In this document: in pieces, positions 1-8,598 of the stretch
Position numbering within the stretch: the stretch's first letter is position 1
Layout of the letters: each line of letters opens with the position of its first letter
Assembly (NCBI GenBank): GCA_052035405.1
Contig: JBPOHQ010000003.1
Span: 5,878 to 69,877, forward strand
Source of the DNA: Candidatus Nomurabacteria bacterium
Lineage (GTDB): Bacteria; Patescibacteriota; Minisyncoccia; Phycocordibacterales; UBA9973
Length of the DNA stretch: 64,000 nt
Reading direction: 5' to 3'
Notes under the pieces: model-generated
What the model was told of the DNA's origin: nothing
The model's input: only the letters and a program-made list of their open reading frames with translations
Database searches by the model: none
Made by a program: the position numbers and the translations under genes

Positions 1-144
1 TCAAAATGTAATGAGTATTTAAAAATACACTCAAAAAAAGAGATAGATTGGTAAAGGACTTCAACCTAGTAAAAAAATACAGAAAATGGTATATAGAGAG
101 GGAATGTTCTCGCCTAGGGCATTATCAGTTTAATTAATAATCAT

Positions 145-1326
145 ATGAATATATATAAAAAATTACTTGTTTTCGTTTTTGGCCTTATAGCTATGGGCTC
201 TTTTGCACAGAGTGTGTCTGCTATGGTGCCTACACTTACTATCTCTGGTAACAGTACGAGTACTATGCTCGTGACTGTTGTTGGTGATGCAAATGCAAGT
301 GTTGTATTCTATTATCCAGCTAGTTATGGTAGTTATGGAGTGCAAAGTGTCTACCTAGGAAGTACAAACAACCTTGGATACTTTTCTACTACCTTAACAT
401 CAAATACCTATAACATCGCCCAAGGAAGTCTGGTGTATGTGTTGGTAAATAACCAACAGTCTCCATCTGTGACATGGTCAACTTCATCTTACTCAAATCT
501 TTCTTTGAGTCAGACAAATGTAACTCTCTCTGTTGGTCAGACTTCAGCCGTTACTGCATACAATTCTTTTGGAACACTGTATGTGTCTAGTAACTCAAAC
601 TCAAATGTAGCTACTGCAACGGTGAGTGGAAACACTGTCTCATTTTACGGAGTGAATACTGGAACAACCACTGTTACGGTCTGTCAAAATAGCGGAAGTG
701 CATATTGTGGAATGGTATATGTGACTGTTTCGGGCTCATATTACACTGGTGTAAATACTTCTGGACTTATCGTATCAAACCTAAACTTGTCAGTTGGAAA
801 TTCAATCACACTTGCTTCTGTTTCTGGTGGAAGTTTGTATGTGTCTAATAACTCAAATCCAAACGTTGCAGGAGTTTCTGCTTCTGGAAGTGTTGGATGT
901 CTCGCTGGTGCACAGTACAGTGCAATCAACGGTCAACCTTGTTACTACATTACAAACAATACAGGTTCAATGACTATCACTGCATTATCTAGTGGAGTAA
1001 GTACCATAACTCTTTGTCAGACTAACGCGACTACTGGATGTAGTACTATCGTTATTAACGTAAATGGAGTGGGTTCTGTGTTAGGAGCAACAACGGTAAA
1101 CCCAGGATGCTCTATCTATCGTACACTGCGATACGGTATGTCAGGTACTGATGTCTCTTGTCTGCAATCATATCTTTCAGCAAAAGGATATCTTGTAAGT
1201 GGAGCAAGTTACTCTGCATACTTTGATATGGCTACTAGAAACGCTGTAGCTTCGTTCCAAAGAGATCACTATCTCGGTGCGGATGGAGTTGTAGGACGAA
1301 TGACTCGAGAAGCTTTATATCAATAA
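145..1326 (+). CDS. Secreted Ser/Thr/Asn-rich repeat protein with C-terminal peptidoglycan-binding (PG_binding_1-like) domain
   Basis: N-terminal signal peptide (MNIYKKLLVFVFGLIAMGSFAQS). Two internal ~60-aa repeats (LYVS.NSN.NVA...TVTVCQ / TITLCQ). C-terminus DVSCLQSYLSAKGYL...DGVVGRMTREAL resembles PG-binding domain 1. Confidence 0.6.
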   Translation: MNIYKKLLVFVFGLIAMGSFAQSVSAMVPTLTISGNSTSTMLVTVVGDANASVVFYYPASYGSYGVQSVYLGSTNNLGYFSTTLTSNTYNIAQGSLVYVLVNNQQSPSVTWSTSSYSNLSLSQTNVTLSVGQTSAVTAYNSFGTLYVSSNSNSNVATATVSGNTVSFYGVNTGTTTVTVCQNSGSAYCGMVYVTVSGSYYTGVNTSGLIVSNLNLSVGNSITLASVSGGSLYVSNNSNPNVAGVSASGSVGCLAGAQYSAINGQPCYYITNNTGSMTITALSSGVSTITLCQTNATTGCSTIVINVNGVGSVLGATTVNPGCSIYRTLRYGMSGTDVSCLQSYLSAKGYLVSGASYSAYFDMATRNAVASFQRDHYLGADGVVGRMTREALYQ

Positions 1327-1345
1327 ACTTCTTTAAATATTTAAA

Positions 1346-1378
1346 CAAAAAATCCCTCACTGTTGAGGGATTTTTTGT
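1346..1378 (+). terminator. Rho-independent terminator (hairpin ccctcactgttgaggg + T-tract)
   Basis: GC hairpin followed by TTTTTTGTT directly after the stop of 145..1326. Confidence 0.7.
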
Positions 1379-1402
1379 TAGTATATAGAAACACGAATAG
1401 TA

Positions 1403-1948
1403 TTATTTTAACTCTTCCCATGCATATGCTTCTTGTTCCATCTGGGCTAGAAAAGGTGCTTTTGCTGCTCGGTAGGCAGGGTAGTCCTCTGGGTGTAGTT
1501 TTGAGTTTGATTCTTTGAGGTCAGCATATTCTTTTGCTTTTTCTGGGTGAGTCCGAAAAAAATCTCGCATTACGAGGAATTGCCTTGCTTTTGGTGCACC
1601 TGATTCGCATACATGTATATTTTCCAACTTTTCTCCATTAGGACCTGTTCTGAAGAACAGAAGTGTATTGGGAGCTATGTAGTTTTCACCCCATTCATAG
1701 CCGATATCAACCATTCTAAGTGTTTCTTGCGATAGATCTTTTATATCCTTCACAATTATCAAAACATCGATTAGAGGCTTGGCTTTCATTCCGGGAATCG
1801 AAGTACTGCCGACATGTTCAATCTGTAAAGCCTTATTGCCAAAGATTTCAGAAATAAGTATCTTTATTGATTCAAATTTAATTATCCAATTCGGATCATA
1901 TTCGGAAATCGAGTATTTTCTTTTTATGTTTTTATCTAATTCTACCAT
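1403..1948 (-). CDS. GrpB family protein (UPF0157 nucleotidyltransferase-like)
   Basis: Motif EHVGSTSIPGMKAKPLIDVLIIV is typical of GrpB/DUF98-like proteins. Confidence 0.6.
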   Translation of the reverse strand: MVELDKNIKRKYSISEYDPNWIIKFESIKILISEIFGNKALQIEHVGSTSIPGMKAKPLIDVLIIVKDIKDLSQETLRMVDIGYEWGENYIAPNTLLFFRTGPNGEKLENIHVCESGAPKARQFLVMRDFFRTHPEKAKEYADLKESNSKLHPEDYPAYRAAKAPFLAQMEQEAYAWEELK

Positions 1949-2222
1949 GTCATAAACTATAGCTTATTTGTTGAAACTTAGCTAATCGAGTTGACTCACA
2001 TACCTAAGCCTGTGAGTCTGTCGATAAAAAGTTTTCTTGGCCGGTGATTGTGAGTTAAACACTAACAGACCTAGACCCCATAAGGGTATTTTAGCATCTT
2101 TACCAAGCTCTAAAATATGTATGTGGATCGCTAATTATAAAACAGACTTACATAACACTTCGCCGGATAAGGCGAGGTCTTTTGAATATATTGGTCAGAT
2201 AAGTATAAAAACTTTTTACGTA

Positions 2223-3065
2223 TTAAACCTGTAGAATTTTTAATTCTGCAATAATCTTCTCGTGCAATTCTTTATTCGCAGACGCAACAAAACTTCTAGG
2301 AAGTCGTATCCCTCCATCTTTATAATTTATTGCTTTACCGTCCATATCAGTTACTGCACCTCCTGCCTCCTCAAGAATAATCTGCCCTGCAAGAATATCC
2401 CATTTACCAGCTCGCATGTTTGTATTGATATGTGCTTCTGCCTCTCCTTGTGCAATAGTGCATAATTTTGCACCACTGCCTTCTGCTATTCTTTGTGCAA
2501 AAGGAATTTGATCAAGCTTCTCTTCTATTGGTCGGATGTCTCCACTAGGCTCGCGAGTAATTAAACGAGCTTCTTTTATTTCATAAATTGAAGCAGTGTG
2601 AATTTTTTCAAATTTCCCATTAACTTTTTGGAATGCACCTTTACCTTTCTCTGCGTAAAAACTTTGATTTTTTGCAGGCACTTTCACACAGCCAAAAATA
2701 GGTACACCATTTTCAACCAAACCAATAACTATTCCAAAAGTGTCTGTTCCTTTAATAAAGGACTTTGTTCCATTAAGAGGGTCAACCATCCAAACCTTTC
2801 CTGTATAATCATTAGGAATGTTGTCATTTTCTTCTGATAGAATGAGGTCATCTGGGAACTCTTTATGTAATTGTTCTCGTATTAAACTATCAGACTCTTT
2901 ATCAGCAACAGTAACAGGATCAAACTCATCTTTTTTATATTCAACATTAACTGCCTGTTTAAAGTATTTCATTAAAACTTCACTTGCTTGATCGGTAATT
3001 TTAAAAACTTTTTTTGCAAGTTCTGAAGGTGCCATTTCGTCCATATTTTCTATACTATGTTCCAT
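2223..3065 (-). CDS. Inositol monophosphatase / CysQ-family phosphatase
   Basis: IMPase motifs WMVDPLNGTKSF and WDILAGQIILEEAGG. Confidence 0.75.
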   Translation of the reverse strand: MEHSIENMDEMAPSELAKKVFKITDQASEVLMKYFKQAVNVEYKKDEFDPVTVADKESDSLIREQLHKEFPDDLILSEENDNIPNDYTGKVWMVDPLNGTKSFIKGTDTFGIVIGLVENGVPIFGCVKVPAKNQSFYAEKGKGAFQKVNGKFEKIHTASIYEIKEARLITREPSGDIRPIEEKLDQIPFAQRIAEGSGAKLCTIAQGEAEAHINTNMRAGKWDILAGQIILEEAGGAVTDMDGKAINYKDGGIRLPRSFVASANKELHEKIIAELKILQV

Positions 3066-3171
3066 AAATTATCTAGATTAATTAACATTACTAAATTATT
3101 AGTATATTTTACTATATGTATAGTCTTTATAGGTGATCGGGTCGTGTATAATACTTTATTTTTATGGCGGA

Positions 3172-3287
3172 GAATGTGAGATTTGGTCACAAAACTCCTC
3201 ACTTCGTTCGAAGTAGTTTCGCGACCCCTATTCGAATCTCACCGTAAAACCACGCAGGTGGTTTTACTATTCTCCGCTCAACAAAAA
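3172..3287. other. tRNA-like / pseudo-tRNA structured element next to tRNA-Ser (orientation unresolved)
   Basis: Terminal complementarity GCGGAGA...TCTCCGC. D-arm-like GTGAGATTTGGTCAC. T-loop-like TTCGAATCTCACCG, identical to the tRNA-Ser T-arm but on the opposite strand. A 10-bp hairpin GTAAAACCAC-GCAG-GTGGTTTTAC. Does not fold into a canonical cloverleaf. Confidence 0.3.
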
Positions 3288-3323
3288 TGGCCACCTGGGT
3301 CCCGTGGCGTATTTTTGTACGAG

Positions 3324-3408
3324 CGGAGGCGGTGAGATTCGAACTCACGGTACCTTGCGATACTCCTGTTTTCAAGACAGGTGCACTAAACCACTATGCG
3401 ACGCCTCC
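3324..3408 (-). tRNA. tRNA-Ser (anticodon TGA)
   Basis: Reverse complement: acceptor GGAGGCG/CGCCTCC, anticodon loop CTTGAAA, long variable arm with GCAA tetraloop, T-arm GTGAG-TTCGAAT-CTCAC. Confidence 0.85.
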
Positions 3409-3506
3409 GTTATTTGATTGTAAACCATTAAATATAGACTTTGTTAAGCCAAATACTCAATAAGGAGATATTATCAGGAAATTTATTTTTATGCTAGTAT
3501 TTCGAT

Positions 3507-3941
3507 ATGAAGATTTTGGGAATTGACTATGGGACAAAGAGAATAGGCCTTGCTATGTCAGACGATGGGGGGAGTATTGCGTTCCCAAAAGAGATAGTTA
3601 AAAATGATTCTAGCACCCTAAAACATATTGAAAAACTTATAAAAACTGAAAACATAGAAGAAATAGTAATAGGGGAGTCTCTGGATTTAGATGGCACGCA
3701 AAATAAGGTACACGAGAAGATACAAAAATTTGCAAAACAGCTGGAAGATTTTTTTAAAATAAAAGTTTTCTTTCAAAAAGAGTTTATGACTTCTGTCGAA
3801 GCACGTAAAACAACAATTTTTAAAAGTAGCCTCAATCAAACACAAGCAAGTAGTAGGGTGAAAAAGGAAACAGGGGAGAAGGTGGACGCAAAAGCAGCAG
3901 CGCTCATCCTTCAAAGATATTTAGATAAAAAGAATATATAA
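3507..3941 (+). CDS. ruvX: Holliday-junction resolvase-like / pre-16S rRNA nuclease RuvX (YqgF)
   Basis: N-terminus MKILGIDYGTKRIGLAMSD is the YqgF/RuvX signature. Confidence 0.8.
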   Translation: MKILGIDYGTKRIGLAMSDDGGSIAFPKEIVKNDSSTLKHIEKLIKTENIEEIVIGESLDLDGTQNKVHEKIQKFAKQLEDFFKIKVFFQKEFMTSVEARKTTIFKSSLNQTQASSRVKKETGEKVDAKAAALILQRYLDKKNI

Positions 3942-3950
3942 TAAAAATAT

Positions 3951-4337
3951 ATGAAAGATATAATATCAATAGATGATTTTGCAAAAATAGATTTAAAAGT
4001 AGGACAAATTTTAGAAGTAGAAAAAGTACCAGATACGGATAAACTTTTGAAATTAAAAGTAGATATGGGTATGAAGACTGTCGTTGTGGGTGAAGGTGAA
4101 GAGCAAAAGACAGAGGAGCAGCAAGATATCAGACAGATTGTTTCAGGGATTGCTTTATATTTTGAAGACATGCAAATTCTTGTTGGTAAAAAATGCATGT
4201 TTGTTGCAAACCTTGAACCTCGCACTATACGTGGACTAGAAAGCGAGGGGATGATAGTTGCAGTATCAACACCAGAAGGTAAATTCTCTGTGCTCTCTCC
4301 ATCAGAAGATATTCCCGTAGGAACTTCTGCAAAATAA
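3951..4337 (+). CDS. tRNA-binding domain protein (CsaA/Trbp111/MetRS C-terminal-like OB fold)
   Basis: DLKVGQILEVEKVPDTDKLLKLKVDMG matches the tRNA-binding arm motif. Confidence 0.65.
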   Translation: MKDIISIDDFAKIDLKVGQILEVEKVPDTDKLLKLKVDMGMKTVVVGEGEEQKTEEQQDIRQIVSGIALYFEDMQILVGKKCMFVANLEPRTIRGLESEGMIVAVSTPEGKFSVLSPSEDIPVGTSAK

Positions 4338-4397
4338 TTTTGTTTTTCACAAAATTTCTTTGAATAATTCTTGCTACAAAGGTATACTATATGAGTA

Positions 4398-5480
4398 ATG
4401 TTTAAAAACTCATACGATAAATTTTTCCCGACACCTGATTTTTTGAAGATGCCTTCGTTTGGTTTGGATATTTCAGATGAAGCACTTAAGTTTATTGAAC
4501 TAGTCGCAACAAAGGATGGAATTAAAGTAGGTAAATATGGAGAAAAAAAAATAGCATCAGGTATCGTTGAATCAGGAAAAATAATTGATCCTAAAAAATT
4601 TGAAGAAATTCTACTTGAGTTAAAGAAGGAACAAAAAATAAAATCTGTACGAGTATCTCTACTCGAGAATCAAATTTATCTTTTTAAGGTTTCTATCGAG
4701 AAAGTAGGGCTTACGAGTGTGCGGGAAGCAATCGAACTTTCTTTAGAAGAACACATTCCTGTACCTGCCCCAGAGGCTATATTTGATTATGATATTTTGT
4801 CTGAAACGGAGACAACTCTAGAGCTGCAGGTAGCAGCCATACCAGACAATGTTATAGAGAGCTACCTAACTGTTTTTAGAAATTGCGAGATAACCGTTCA
4901 CTCATTTGAATTAGAAGCACAAGCTATTGCTAGAGCAATAATAAAAAAAGGAGATCCAGAAACCTACATGATTGTGGATTTTGGAGAAAAAAGAACTGGT
5001 ATATTTGTCGTCTCTAAAGGGGTAGTCATGTTTACTTCTACCTTAGAAATTGGAGGAGATGTTTTAAACACGATGATTCAAAAGAATTTTAATGTTTCTT
5101 ATGAAGAAGCTGATAAAATGAAGAAACGGTATGGTCTTCAGAGGAATGCCGTAAACAGAGAACTTTTTTCAGTTCTTTTGAATAGTGTTTCGGTGCTTCG
5201 AGATGAATTAGTAAAACACCAACTCTATTGGGATACTCATAAGGATGAGGATGGAAAAGGTAGTCCACCTATTAAGAAAGTTATACTTTGTGGTGGGGAT
5301 TCAAATTTAATTGGACTTTCAGAGTATTTATCAGTGAGTATGAAAACCACTGTAGAGATGGCTAACGTCTGGGTAAATATCACAGATACCAGAATCTCTA
5401 TACCTGAGATGGGTTTTAAACAAGCATTATCATTTGCCGCAGCACTAGGTCTAGCATTAGGAGATTTTGAAGATGATTAA
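4398..5480 (+). CDS. pilM: Type IV pilus assembly protein PilM (actin-like ATPase fold)
   Basis: ~350 aa, FGLDISDEALKFIEL N-terminus. Followed by overlapping pilN-like and pilO-like genes. Confidence 0.65.
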   Translation: MFKNSYDKFFPTPDFLKMPSFGLDISDEALKFIELVATKDGIKVGKYGEKKIASGIVESGKIIDPKKFEEILLELKKEQKIKSVRVSLLENQIYLFKVSIEKVGLTSVREAIELSLEEHIPVPAPEAIFDYDILSETETTLELQVAAIPDNVIESYLTVFRNCEITVHSFELEAQAIARAIIKKGDPETYMIVDFGEKRTGIFVVSKGVVMFTSTLEIGGDVLNTMIQKNFNVSYEEADKMKKRYGLQRNAVNRELFSVLLNSVSVLRDELVKHQLYWDTHKDEDGKGSPPIKKVILCGGDSNLIGLSEYLSVSMKTTVEMANVWVNITDTRISIPEMGFKQALSFAAALGLALGDFEDD

Positions 5481-6015
5481 TTTAACACCAAACAAAGAAA
5501 AGAAAAAAATGATAAAAGATTTCTACTTACGATTAGTGGTGGTCTTTATTATGATGCTTGGAGTTTCTGTGGTCATATCTTCTTTTGCACTAATCCCGTC
5601 TTATTTATTTTCTATAGTAAAAAAAAGGTTTTCAGAAGAAAAACTTGTTGTACAAAAAAATATACCATTACCAGAATTTGACCAGCAAACTCTTGCTCTT
5701 ATTGGAGATCTTAACTCTAAATTAAACTTAATTGAAAATTCAAAGAAAGACAAGTTCCTTGTATCGGATAGGGTTATTAATAAGATTTTATCCAAAAAAA
5801 TGACAGATATTAAAATAAATAAGTTTTCATATAAATTTGATACGGTGAATGGTAAAATAATAGGTGTGCAAGGTACTGCACCTTCTCGCGAGAGATTACT
5901 CCTCTTTAAGACTGCCCTAGAAGAAGATTCTAGTTTTACGAAAGTTGATTTACCAATTTCAAATTTTATCAGGGGATCGAATATTCAGTTTAACTTGAAT
6001 CTAGTAGCAAAATAA
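5467..6015 (+). CDS. pilN: PilN-like bitopic membrane protein
   Basis: 4-bp overlap with pilM, single N-terminal TM segment, ~180 aa. Confidence 0.55.
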   Translation: MKMINLTPNKEKKKMIKDFYLRLVVVFIMMLGVSVVISSFALIPSYLFSIVKKRFSEEKLVVQKNIPLPEFDQQTLALIGDLNSKLNLIENSKKDKFLVSDRVINKILSKKMTDIKINKFSYKFDTVNGKIIGVQGTAPSRERLLLFKTALEEDSSFTKVDLPISNFIRGSNIQFNLNLVAK

Positions 6016-6023
6016 TCCATTTT

Positions 6024-6560
6024 ATGAATAATAAATCGCAAAAAAAATATTTAATTGGTTCACTCATATTTTTGTTGGTGGTTTCAGGTATTTTTGCTTT
6101 TCTCTATGTTCAAATAAAAAACAACAACATTGCTTCTGAAGAAGCAGAAATAGAATGGAACAGTGAAATTTCAAAGTTAAACAACATAAAAGTTTTAAAT
6201 CTCTCTATACGAGACATAGAAAAAGAAAAAGCTTTATTTGAATCTCACTTTGTAAAAAATTCAGATATAGTATCATTTTTAGATACTCTTGAGGGTTATG
6301 CTAAAGATGTAAGTGTAAATGCCTCTATTTCTGCGGTTGATACTTTACCGGACGATGCTGGGCTAGTTATAGGCATTAGAACTTTTGGTACTTTTGAGTC
6401 TTTGTATAAATTTCTTATGTTACTTGAAAATTCAAAGTATGAAATGAATGTTGTTGAATTTGATATTCAAAAAGATGGAGCTTCGACTCTTGATGGAACA
6501 GAACAGGTTCCTCAATGGAGTGCAAGTTTTAAAATACAGCTATTAGCTTTTATGAAATAA
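6024..6560 (+). CDS. pilO: PilO-like bitopic membrane protein
   Basis: Single N-terminal TM segment, position after pilN, coiled-coil region. Confidence 0.5.
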   Translation: MNNKSQKKYLIGSLIFLLVVSGIFAFLYVQIKNNNIASEEAEIEWNSEISKLNNIKVLNLSIRDIEKEKALFESHFVKNSDIVSFLDTLEGYAKDVSVNASISAVDTLPDDAGLVIGIRTFGTFESLYKFLMLLENSKYEMNVVEFDIQKDGASTLDGTEQVPQWSASFKIQLLAFMK

Positions 6561-6561
6561 T

Positions 6562-6885
6562 ATGAAATTAGATATTAAATTAGATTTTCTAAAAAAGAAA
6601 AAGAATTTCAAAAAGAAAGATAATCCAGCCATTGATCCAAATCTGTATTGGCGTATTATGCTTTTCCTAGGGCTTTTTATAATTCTTGTTTCTTTGGGAT
6701 TGGGGTATTATTTAGTTAAAGAAGTCAATAAAGAACCAGACTTACCCACCTTAAATGGGAGTATAAATAATAAAATAACAAAGAAAGAAAGAATTGAAGC
6801 AATGCTTGAATATTTTAGGCAAAAAGAGGAGAAGTCTATTGAGACAATAAATACAAATAATTTAATCATTGACCCATCGCTTTAA
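6562..6885 (+). CDS. Small single-TM protein, possible pilus-assembly accessory (PilP-like?)
   Basis: Start overlaps the pilO stop. One TM helix. No recognisable motif. Confidence 0.35.
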   Translation: MKLDIKLDFLKKKKNFKKKDNPAIDPNLYWRIMLFLGLFIILVSLGLGYYLVKEVNKEPDLPTLNGSINNKITKKERIEAMLEYFRQKEEKSIETINTNNLIIDPSL

Positions 6886-6925
6886 AAATGCTATTTTAGC
6901 ATGGTAAGTGTGAGGGTGCATAAAT

Positions 6926-6998
6926 GCGCGGTTAGCTCAGTTGGTAGAGCGACTCATTTACACTGAGAAGGTCGGGGGTTCAAGTCCCTCACCGCGCA
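6926..6998 (+). tRNA. tRNA-Val (anticodon TAC)
   Basis: Acceptor GCGCGGT/ACCGCGC, D-arm GCTCAGTTGGTAGAGC, anticodon loop TTTACAC, T-arm GGGGG-TTCAAGT-CCCTC. Confidence 0.9.
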
Positions 6999-7011
6999 CA
7001 GAGAAAGTCAT

Positions 7012-7083
7012 GTCCCTGTAGTTCAATGGATAGAACTGCGGACTTCTAAGCCGTCGATGTTGGTTCGATTCCAACCAGGGACA
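7012..7083 (+). tRNA. tRNA-Arg (anticodon TCT)
   Basis: Acceptor GTCCCTG/CAGGGAC, anticodon stem-loop GCGGA-CTTCTAA-GCCGT, T-arm GTTGG-TTCGATT-CCAAC. Confidence 0.9.
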
Positions 7084-7085
7084 CA

Positions 7086-7811
7086 ATGAAAATACATATT
7101 CTATATGAAGATCCTAGTATACTGGTTATAGATAAACCAGCTGGTATCGCTGTGCATGAAGACGGAAGAACTAAAGAAAAGACTTTAACGGATTGGGTGT
7201 TGAAAAATTATCCAAAGATGAAAAACGTGGTCGAGCCTATTTTCTTAATTTATTATAAAAATAAAAAACAAATCACACGACCAGGTATAGTGCACCGGCT
7301 AGATAAAGATACTTCAGGGGTGCTTGTTTTAGCTAAGACTCAAAAAGCACATGAATTTTTAAAAAGCCAATTTCAAAATAGAGAAGTTCGAAAAGTTTAT
7401 AATACTGTCGTTTCTGGTCACATGAAAGATGAAAGAGGGACTATAAATAAACCAATAGGCAGGAGTCCAAATGATTTTCGTAAGCGTCTTGCGGGTCGTG
7501 GAGCGCGAGGTGAGCTTCGAGAGGCTATCACAGAATACACTGTATTAAAAAAATTTTTAGATAAAAAGAATAAATTTACATACCTTGAAGTTAGACCGAA
7601 GACGGGACGAACTCATCAGATACGTGTACATATGAAATTTATGAATCATCCAGTAGCAGGGGATGAGTTATATAATCCAGGCAAGCCTGTACCAAAAGGA
7701 TTTACGCGTCTTGCACTTCATGCGAAGAGTATCAGTTTTAAAAATTTAAAGGGTGAGACTCTTAAAATAGAATCACCATTACCAGAAGAGTTTAAAAATA
7801 TTCTAAAATAA
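7086..7811 (+). CDS. RluA-family pseudouridine synthase (RluD/RluC-like)
   Basis: Catalytic motif HRLDKDTSGVLVLAKT. Confidence 0.8.
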   Translation: MKIHILYEDPSILVIDKPAGIAVHEDGRTKEKTLTDWVLKNYPKMKNVVEPIFLIYYKNKKQITRPGIVHRLDKDTSGVLVLAKTQKAHEFLKSQFQNREVRKVYNTVVSGHMKDERGTINKPIGRSPNDFRKRLAGRGARGELREAITEYTVLKKFLDKKNKFTYLEVRPKTGRTHQIRVHMKFMNHPVAGDELYNPGKPVPKGFTRLALHAKSISFKNLKGETLKIESPLPEEFKNILK

Positions 7812-7865
7812 TTTTTAGGCTTATAGTTTGCCTTTAAAAGGTGTTTATGTTAAAGTATTCCCATT

Positions 7866-8324
7866 ATGGCAGCAAATAAAGCAAATACTATAAAGTTTAG
7901 TCCAGTGGACATTGAAGAGCGAAAAAAGCTTGATTTTAAGGCGGGAGACACAGTTCGTGTTTGGTCTAAAATCGCTGAATTGAAAGAGGGAAAAAAGAAA
8001 GGGGAAAAGGCCACGGTTAAATACCGTCTTCAGGCCTTTGAAGGTATCGTTCTTGCGAGAAAGCATGGCACAGAAAACGGAGCAACCTTTACAGTACGCA
8101 GAGTAGCTTCAGGGGTAGGAGTAGAAAGAATATTTCCACTCTTTGCACCCACTGTAGACAAGATTGAGATTACCAAGAGAGCAAATGCTGGACGATCAAA
8201 ACTCTACTATGTACGAACCAAGGCAGTAAAAGATGTTCGAAAGAAATTACGTGCTGTTACTTCAGGAAAAGTAAACGAAATAGAAGCTGATACCATAGAA
8301 GAAACTCAAACTGACGAAGTATAA
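7866..8324 (+). CDS. rplS: 50S ribosomal protein L19
   Basis: GDTVRVWSKI...YRLQAFEGIVLARKHG...TFTVRRV...GVERIFPL is the L19 core. C-terminal acidic tail. Confidence 0.9.
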   Translation: MAANKANTIKFSPVDIEERKKLDFKAGDTVRVWSKIAELKEGKKKGEKATVKYRLQAFEGIVLARKHGTENGATFTVRRVASGVGVERIFPLFAPTVDKIEITKRANAGRSKLYYVRTKAVKDVRKKLRAVTSGKVNEIEADTIEETQTDEV

Positions 8325-8329
8325 TCTAA

Positions 8330-8364
8330 AAACAAAAACCCTCCTTTGTGGAGGGTTTTTGTTT
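8330..8364 (+). terminator. Rho-independent terminator
   Basis: ccctcctttgtggaggg hairpin + TTTTTGTTT. Confidence 0.7.
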
Positions 8365-8437
8365 CAGTAATAGTTACTTTGATGCTTGCTCTAGCAATAT
8401 TTCTAAAAGTATATTATAGTGTCTGTGTTATTTGTAT

Positions 8438-8521
8438 GCGCAGGTGGCGAAACTGGTAGACGTACTACCTTGAGGTGGTAGCGGGAGCAATCCCATGGAG
8501 GTTCAAGTCCTCTCCTGCGCA
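8438..8521 (+). tRNA. tRNA-Leu (anticodon GAG)
   Basis: Acceptor GCGCAGG/CCTGCGC, anticodon stem-loop CTACC-TTGAGGT-GGTAG, long variable arm. Confidence 0.88.
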
Positions 8522-8555
8522 CAGAAAAAAGCAACTTAAGTTGCTTTTTTGTTTT
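8522..8555 (+). terminator. Rho-independent terminator
   Basis: gcaacttaagttgc hairpin + T8. Confidence 0.65.
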
Positions 8556-8598
8556 ATGCACACTTAAAATTTATAAGATGCTATAATAAAATACATAT

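Noticed and set aside
2037-2234. 65-aa ORF between the GrpB and IMPase genes
   Set aside because: No motif, no RBS. Sits in an intergenic promoter region between divergent or convergent genes. Likely noise.
3120-3420. Integrated mobile element at the tRNA-Ser locus
   Set aside because: tRNA fragments in both orientations hint at past recombination, but no integrase/recombinase gene or clear direct repeats are present in the flanks. Reported only as an odd tRNA-like element.
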